Of a stretch of 64,000 nucleotides of DNA, positions 57,123-64,000 are shown piece after piece (positions within the stretch are counted from its first letter, which is position 1; the number at the start of each line of letters is the position of its first letter). The notes under the pieces are model-generated. The model did no database searches, was not told the DNA's origin, and saw only the letters and a list, made by a program, of their open reading frames with translations. The translations under genes and the position numbers were made by a program. This DNA comes from Minutocellus sp. GHC0000111 (lineage: Eukaryota): contig OZ361257.1 in the NCBI GenBank assembly GCA_977018835.1, forward strand, positions 806,001-870,000. Direction: 5' to 3'.

Positions 57123-59790
57123 ATGTTTAGGAAGGCAAAGCTTACTTGGAGATACCAGATCCTCGCGCTGGCCTTGTCATTGTTGGTGATCTCTTCGTTG
57201 GCAAGGGCCGAAGCCGACAACGCTGGTACTAGTACTAGCACTTCGACGAAAAATGACGAGGGCGAGTTCGACGAAGCGTACTGGAGGGAGTTCTTGTCGA
57301 CGCCTTTCGATGCTGCTCCCAACGATGATGAATTGTCCCATGAGGATAGAAATTTAGAACGTGGCGACCAACGAGATCTGGCTTATGGATATTCTTCTCT
57401 TGGTGATTACTGTGATCACAGTGGCTTCTTGCAGGTCGATCAAGTCGGAAAAGAAAAGTGCATCCGCCGAGGCCAAGGCCTCTGCAAGGACGGATGGGAA
57501 TTCGGAATCTACCGCAAGGGCGAATCGTACTTTGTTCAGTTGCGGAAGGAGAGCGACCGATCTAATCCAGTCTACGTCAAGTACGAGGGTGCCACTGAAC
57601 TTTGTATCGGAGAACGACCTGGCAATGTTGCCTATTTGTCAATCAAGTTTGATCATGGGACACATTATCTGCTTGGTAGGGATGTTGGGTCAAGGAATCA
57701 GCTTCCCAGGCTCAAGATTCGGCCTCAGGAGGGGAAATGCCGAGGCGATAATAAGGATGATCGGCGGATGCTTGGAAAGCGTGATGGTGCTGGTGATGAC
57801 GACTGCTTATGGGAGATTTTGTTTGATGGTAAGACCAACACTTGCAAAGGCAGTGGATGGGTCTTTATTCCGTGGCCTCAACCAACGGTAAGTCCAACGC
57901 ATAAGTGCCGAGCAAATCCAAGTTTGCTTTGATTTGCCTCTGGGCTGGTGATTGCCTTATACTTACATGCATTTGTGGTCGTTACTAGTCTAGTAGTGAA
58001 ATCCTCATCGATGCATCTTTTTGTCCCTTCCTTGACCATCAATATATACTTCAGGTCGACATGGCTTGTGTTGCTGAGAGAACCTGTGGTGCTGTGTCCG
58101 TAACCCGTGATTGCGGTGATATTCCTCAATGTAGCATGGCCGATCCTTGTTGCGAGTGGACATTGAGTTGGAATTACAAAATTGTGAATGATTGGGCAAT
58201 ACCCGCCGAGGTCAAGAGTTTCGAAACTACCCTGTGCCATGGTCATTGTCACGGGGGGATGGCGCCTTTCGGCGAGTGCTTGGAAGAAAGCGATCCCGAA
58301 TGCAATACTCTTGATCTACCAGTAGTCTCATGACGAGCGGTCAAATGATCGGTGCGGGTGAAATGAAAGTTGCAAGGGTGGAAGCTTGGACAACGATCAA
58401 CCTATCGGGCATGGATGGCGCCAAGATATACGGCAATAGTACGGTCATTCTCAAGACTAGTGAAGGTTACAGTCGTACTGGAGAGACAAGTCAATGCATT
58501 GATCTTTGTGGCGAGGCATTGATGAGTAGAGCTGATGGTACTGGTGGTGCCACCAATGATGCAGATGCCGTCATTGTTGACTCCATCATTATTGATGAAA
58601 AAATATCGGAACAGGAAGGGGGAAATGAGGTCTATGACTCCCTCGCTCCAACGACAGTGCCGCCGACAGATGCTCCAGTGACTTCTAGGTCAACGACCGA
58701 TGCCCCATCGAGTGTGGCACCGGTGACTCCCGAGCCGACTCCTTCGCCATCGACGATGCCTGTTTCGACCATTCCCACATCTGCCCCGGTGACTCCCAGG
58801 CCCACTCCTTCACCCTCGACTCTGCCAGTTTCAACGATTCCCACGTCTACTCCTGTGACTCCCGGGCCCACTCCTTCGCCTGTTTCGGATGCACCGGTAA
58901 CTCCTGAGCCCACTTCTTCGCCGTCGACGCTGCCAGTATCAGCGATTCCTACATCAACGCCAACAATCGGCCCGACAAACGTTCCTACGGATATCTTGGC
59001 TGTAATGGCTGAGCCGAGAACCAATCCGCCCCCATGCAAAGTCTCTGTAAGTTTTGCAATGCAATAAACGGAACCTTTCCCACCTCTTTTTCTGAATGCA
59101 CTAACTCGTTTCCGAAACTGTTTTGCGCACTTTTCTCAGGCCACCATCGGGTGTACGGTATCTCACAATGAGAAGCTCATTGAGTGTCAAAAATTTCGCA
59201 AGTCAAGTCAAGATGTTATTGAAATTCAGTGGACCTACTCAATTATCAACGAATGCTCGTATCCCGTCAGAGCTCGACGGGCCATGATTATGAAATGTCA
59301 CAAGGTAAAACATTCTCTGCTCCCGCTTACTCTCTTTGATCACACATATTTATATACCTCCCATAGATGCTAACTATACTCTTTTGCTGCATAATATCCA
59401 TCCGTTACTTCATCGCAGTGCCCAACCCTTACCTCGACTAATGGTCCAAACACGTGTAAATCAGATACAAACTTCTTCAAAGAGGCAAAGGGTGAACAAG
59501 ACATTGATATTAATGGCGGTGATGTTTTTCAGTTGACGGAATACGAAACTGTTGACCTCACCGACACATGCGACCTATCACCAATTGTTAGCTCCTTTTC
59601 GCGTTTCATTGCCATGCGGATTAGCGCTGATGCAAGTGTCGATCTGACTTCAAGCCAGGTAACAGCTGCAAATTCATTGGGCCCAGTGTGTCGAATGACT
59701 GGTGCTGGGCCTTTCCCGGGATCATTGTCCTGCGAGACTGATCAATTGTGGGACGATTCTTCGGAAGAGACCGGAAATGGTAGCTTGTAG
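57123..59790 (+). CDS. Secreted Cys-containing protein with RXL sites and a PT/PS stalk; introns 57888-58054, 59047-59139, 59305-59418; frameshift near 58316
   Basis: Signal peptide, acidic pro-region with RNL/RDL, APVTPEPTPSP repeats. All three GT-AG junctions preserve frame. Confidence 0.75.
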
Positions 59791-59965
59791 CTGTGCTTGT
59801 TTTTTTTTAAGAATATATAGAACCATGCGGCATTACACGTCAAGTTTTGTCTGCTTGTGCCTCTTTGCAGTATCTTCGTTTTGTCTCGTCGACTGAATTG
59901 CGTCCCTTATCGGGTTCAATTGCATTTACCCCAGCGCAGACCAATTTCATTTATATATCTCATTC

Positions 59966-60715
59966 CTAAAAGATTTGCCCGTAAAAGACTGACGAGCCGT
60001 CTCTGGCAAAATCCTCTTTTAACAGTGTATCCGGATCCAAGATGACTCGCTGGCTTACCGCGGAACCAGTGCTGATATTGGCATTCGACGCAAACAGGCT
60101 GCCACCAGTGGCGGCAACGGTCACAACAAAAAAGAGACTTATCGCAAGAGCCAGCCCCTCCAAGCTACCGATAATACTGGGTCTAGCCTCGTCGATGAGT
60201 TCCCTCCTTGAAGATACTGCGCCATTGGAAGAGTCATATTCACTTGGTGGTGGCAAATATTCCAAGTATTGTTCGCCTTGGTCTGCCACTGGGGCTGAAC
60301 GGGAGGAGGAGGATGACGCTGACGCAGACGGCAAATAAAAGCGCTCTCCGCCGATATACACCTAGTCCTTCTCCTCGTCTATCTCAACGTCTGGTGCCGA
60401 GGCCCCGCCACTCCTTACACCATCATCACTGCTTTCACCGTCAAGGCCAAGCTCTTGTATGCGTTGTTGCAGATCCTTGTACAGAGCGGAATCAGCCATG
60501 TCATCAGTATCATTGTCACCATCATCACTGCGCTTGGCATTCGCTAATAATAGCTGCACCCTGCCGGCCTCAGAAGAGGCAACGATGGATGATGGTGCAC
60601 TCGGCGGTCGATGGAACACAAACCCACAAGCTACTCGCGCCGCCGCCGAGTGCTGAAGAAGCAGAGTCGTCGCGCCACTCAGCAGGATCGACGATTTAGG
60701 CCGCGACCGGCGCAT
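59966..60715 (-). CDS. Predicted plastid single-TM hypothetical protein with an in-frame TAG at 60362-60364
   Basis: Two same-frame ORFs abut across one TAG (EEKD*VYIGG). Signal followed by G-FV; TM LALAISLFFVVTVA. Confidence 0.7.
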
Positions 60716-61004
60716 TTTGGGGTGAGTAGAAGAGAGAAGTTGTACTAGTACGCGTACGAGTAGAAGAGAGAAATATGAGGCAGGGCAAAGGGCTCAGTGG
60801 CCTATGCTACTATTCGAACGGCATGCCGCAAGGCAGTGATGAGTAGAGTGATGAGAGTGACATGATGAGTGCGCGTGGCGGTGCCGATGACTGTGTGTCA
60901 AAAAGAAAGCAGTAGGCTGAGTGTCAGACGGCGGATCGATGGCCGAAGAACACTCCACGGCGGCTACGGCTCCATCGCCACGCCCATCATTACTCCAGCA
61001 AACC

Positions 61005-63704
61005 ATGAGGCCGTGTAGCAGTGCACCGCTCCTCTTGCTGTTGGCCCTAGCGGCCACAGAGACCACCCATGGCTTTGCTCCGCCGCAACAATATGCTGCT
61101 CCCCAAAGAATAGTAAGCAGTACCCCATCATCGTCGTCGTCGACTGGGCTCTACTCGAGCGTCTCCGAGACCTCCCAGATGGTCCAGGGCATCCGCTCGC
61201 AGTTGGCCGAGAACGAAGAGGCCTCCCTGGTAATGGATGCCCTCCGTGGCAAGAACATGAACGATGACGATGCCCAGGCTGCGGGTGTACAGATGCGCCT
61301 CGTCCATGCGTCCGGTTCGGAAACGCTCAAGACGGACTACGACCCAGAAGCTCTGAGAGAATTATTCTCCAAGAGACCACTGACGGTGATCAACCGCATC
61401 GCGCAGGTAGCCGGCGTTGGAGGTGGTTGGGTCCTGCGCAATGTGATGGACAAGGTTTTGGGCCGATCGTCGCCCGATCTCGAGGTTCAGCGCGCTGGCG
61501 AGCTGCGGGATGTCATTACCAGCCTTGGCCCGTTCTACATTAAAATTGGGCAGGCCCTCAGTATTCGACCCGATGTGCTCAGTCCCCGATCGATGGTCGA
61601 GCTGCAGAAGCTATGTGATAAGGTCCCGAGCTTCGACAGTAAAATTGCATTTGAGACTATTGAACGCGAGCTTGGCAAATCTGTTGATGAAATATTCTCG
61701 GAAATTACCCCCGAACCGGTAGCAGCGGTGAGTTTCCCTCCCTCGTGGCTTGATGTTGTTTTGTACACAGACAAAATTTGATACTATCTCTCTGAACAAA
61801 CCACTAATATTTTTTACTTTCCGCCTCCTTTTATTAAAAAGGCCTCGCTTGGACAAGTTTACAAGGCCACGTTAAGGGAGACTGGCGAGACTGTCGCTGT
61901 CAAGGTTCAGCGGCCAGGTGTGCTGGAAACGGTCAGCCTTGATCTTTACCTGGCCAGGGAGGCCGGCCTCATTGCTCGGAACTTCCCATTCCTTACTGAC
62001 CGACTGGACGCTGTGGCGTTGTTGGATGAATTTGCATACCGATTTTATCAGGAGTTAGATTACAACTTGGAGTGCGAGAATGGTCTCAAGATTAGGGAGC
62101 AGATGAAAATCTTGCCATCCGTCGTTATCCCTGATAATTATCCTCAATACACCTCCCGACGGGTACACGTGGCAGAATGGATCGAAGGGGAGAAGCTTTC
62201 CCAGAGTAGAGCTGATGATGTCGGTGCGCTGGTGAATCTTGGTGTTATCACCTATTTGACCCAGCTGCTCGAGTATGGTTTCTTTCATGCAGAGTGAGTT
62301 TGTCAGCATCATTTTCTTATCTTTTCTTTTGTTGGGGTCATTCGCATTGGATTCATATTACATGAAATCATCGGGTCTCATCGACAAAAACTCATGTTGC
62401 TTTCCTTTTTTCACAGCCCACACCCTGGAAACATGATGAGGACGAACGATGGCAAATTGGCTATTCTTGACTTTGGCCTCATGACTGAAGTGACAGATAA
62501 TCAAAAGTATGGCATGATCGAGGCTATTGCTCATTTGTTGAATCGAGATTATTCAGAGATTGGCCAGGACTTTATCAATCTTGATTTCATCCCGGAAGGG
62601 ACTGATACCGAGCCCATTGTCCCCGCTTTGACGAAAGTATTCGATGTTGCCCTTGCTGGAGGTGGAGCCAAATCCATCAACTTCCAGGAATTGGCCGCAG
62701 ACTTGGCCGAGATCACTTCCGAGTACCCTTTCTCTATCCCACCGTACTTCGCCTTGGTCATCCGCGCCATTTCGGTTTTGGAGGGCATCGCACTCGTTGG
62801 CAATCCTGAATTTGCCATCATTGATGAAGCCTATCCTTACATTGCTCGCCGTCTCATGACCGATGACAGCCCTCGTCTCAAGGCAGCATTGAGATATATG
62901 GTCTATGGCCGGGAGGGAAGCTTCGACGCCGAAAAGCTAATCGATCTGCTTCAAGCGCTTGAGAAATTCACTGCGGTCCGCGATGAGGGCGATGGAAGTG
63001 CCTTCAAGGTTGACGGTGTCCGAGGAAGCAAGAATCTGGGAGTTGCAGGTGACTTTGTGGGGTCGCAAAAGGTAGATATTTCGGACCGCGACACCGACGT
63101 CGGTGATGGAAAGTTCCGAGTCTCCGAGCCTTCGTCTGCCATTACACAGGCCGGTCCCAGTCAATCCGAGCAGGACGAGAAGACTGTTCGAGAGGCGCTG
63201 CGTTTCTTCTTCAGCCCCGAGGGCCAGGTATTTAGAGAGTTTATGCTGGAAGAAATCGTTACAGTCGTAGATGCCTCGAGCCGTGAGGCACTGCAGGAAC
63301 TAGTACGAACTTTCGGCCTCGGCAACTTGCCCGTCCCAGGTCTATTCCGTGCTCTCAATCCTAGGCTGAGTGACCAGGACAAGAAAACCGTGCAGCAGAT
63401 CAGAAAGCTCGTTCAATTCCTCCTGGGTGATCTCGAGGGAGCTATGGCTCCGGACGGCTTGGAGAACACCAATCGCAATGTAGGTCGGCTGCAAAGAGCA
63501 CAACAGCTCTTCACCACCACGGCAAGAGATGACAGATTACGAAACCTTCTCCCAGTTTTGAGGGAATATTCTCCGCAGTTGCGAGAATTTGGCACCCTCC
63601 TGGTCGCCCGCCTAACTGAAAAGGCAATCTCTCGAGGCTTGGATTTCGCCACTGGCGGAGCCATGGCAAGAACACAACCTGCTGCAGCGGCCCTTTCCTC
63701 GTGA
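61005..63704 (+). CDS. ABC1/UbiB atypical kinase, predicted plastid; introns 61728-61841, 62294-62416
   Basis: LGPFYIKIGQALS, spliced AAASLGQVYKA, VAVKVQRP, spliced FFHADPHPGN, LDFGL; signal followed by G-FAP. Confidence 0.95.
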
Positions 63705-64000
63705 GATGTTTGTTTAGTACGGTACCGGTAATGGTAGATTCATATCATGATAAATAGATGCAAGTATATGCCTGAGCTATATTGTTTGCTGTAGATTAGC
63801 TGTATGGTTTTTGCGCAGATCTACCGGTACCGGTACATGTAGTCGAGTGAACAGTCGAACAGGCGCGCGGAGGATGCGTCATGTGCGCGCATAGCATGGC
63901 TGTGCGTGCGTGCGATTCCTTCAGGACCCGGAGGCGCAGCTCTGACTCAGCGTCCCCATGCATGTCGTTGGAACATCCTGACCGTGTTATTACTGCGTAG

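Noticed and set aside
2706..60364. Stop-codon reassignment or alternative genetic code
   Set aside because: The internal stops are rare and of all three types, and TAA, TAG and TGA all serve as normal terminators here.

Overview
Gene-dense eukaryotic nuclear DNA, most likely a diatom. Evidence: short GT-AG introns, bipartite signal-plus-Phe plastid presequences, RXL/KxxK cell-wall-type proteins and diatom-style cyclins; an IFT46-like gene hints at a centric species with flagellated sperm. About 33 protein-coding loci are supported. They include mitochondrial L19, an SF2 helicase with four HA domains, a kinetoplastid-type ApbE-fumarate reductase-b5 reductase fusion ending in a PTS1, ALG2, a tandem Mini-III RNase, MnSOD, PEX19, two cyclins, TRAPPC2L, plastid RecA, NDUFS7, a KEA-type antiporter and an ABC1 kinase. 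Many genes carry 1-2 nt frameshifts in short homopolymers or lone in-frame stops, probably assembly errors, so pseudogene calls are uncertain. Intergenic DNA repeatedly holds clusters of perfect 12-18 bp palindromes, mostly downstream of stop codons. No rRNA, tRNA, CRISPR array or intact transposon was recognised. All family assignments come from motif recognition, not database searches.
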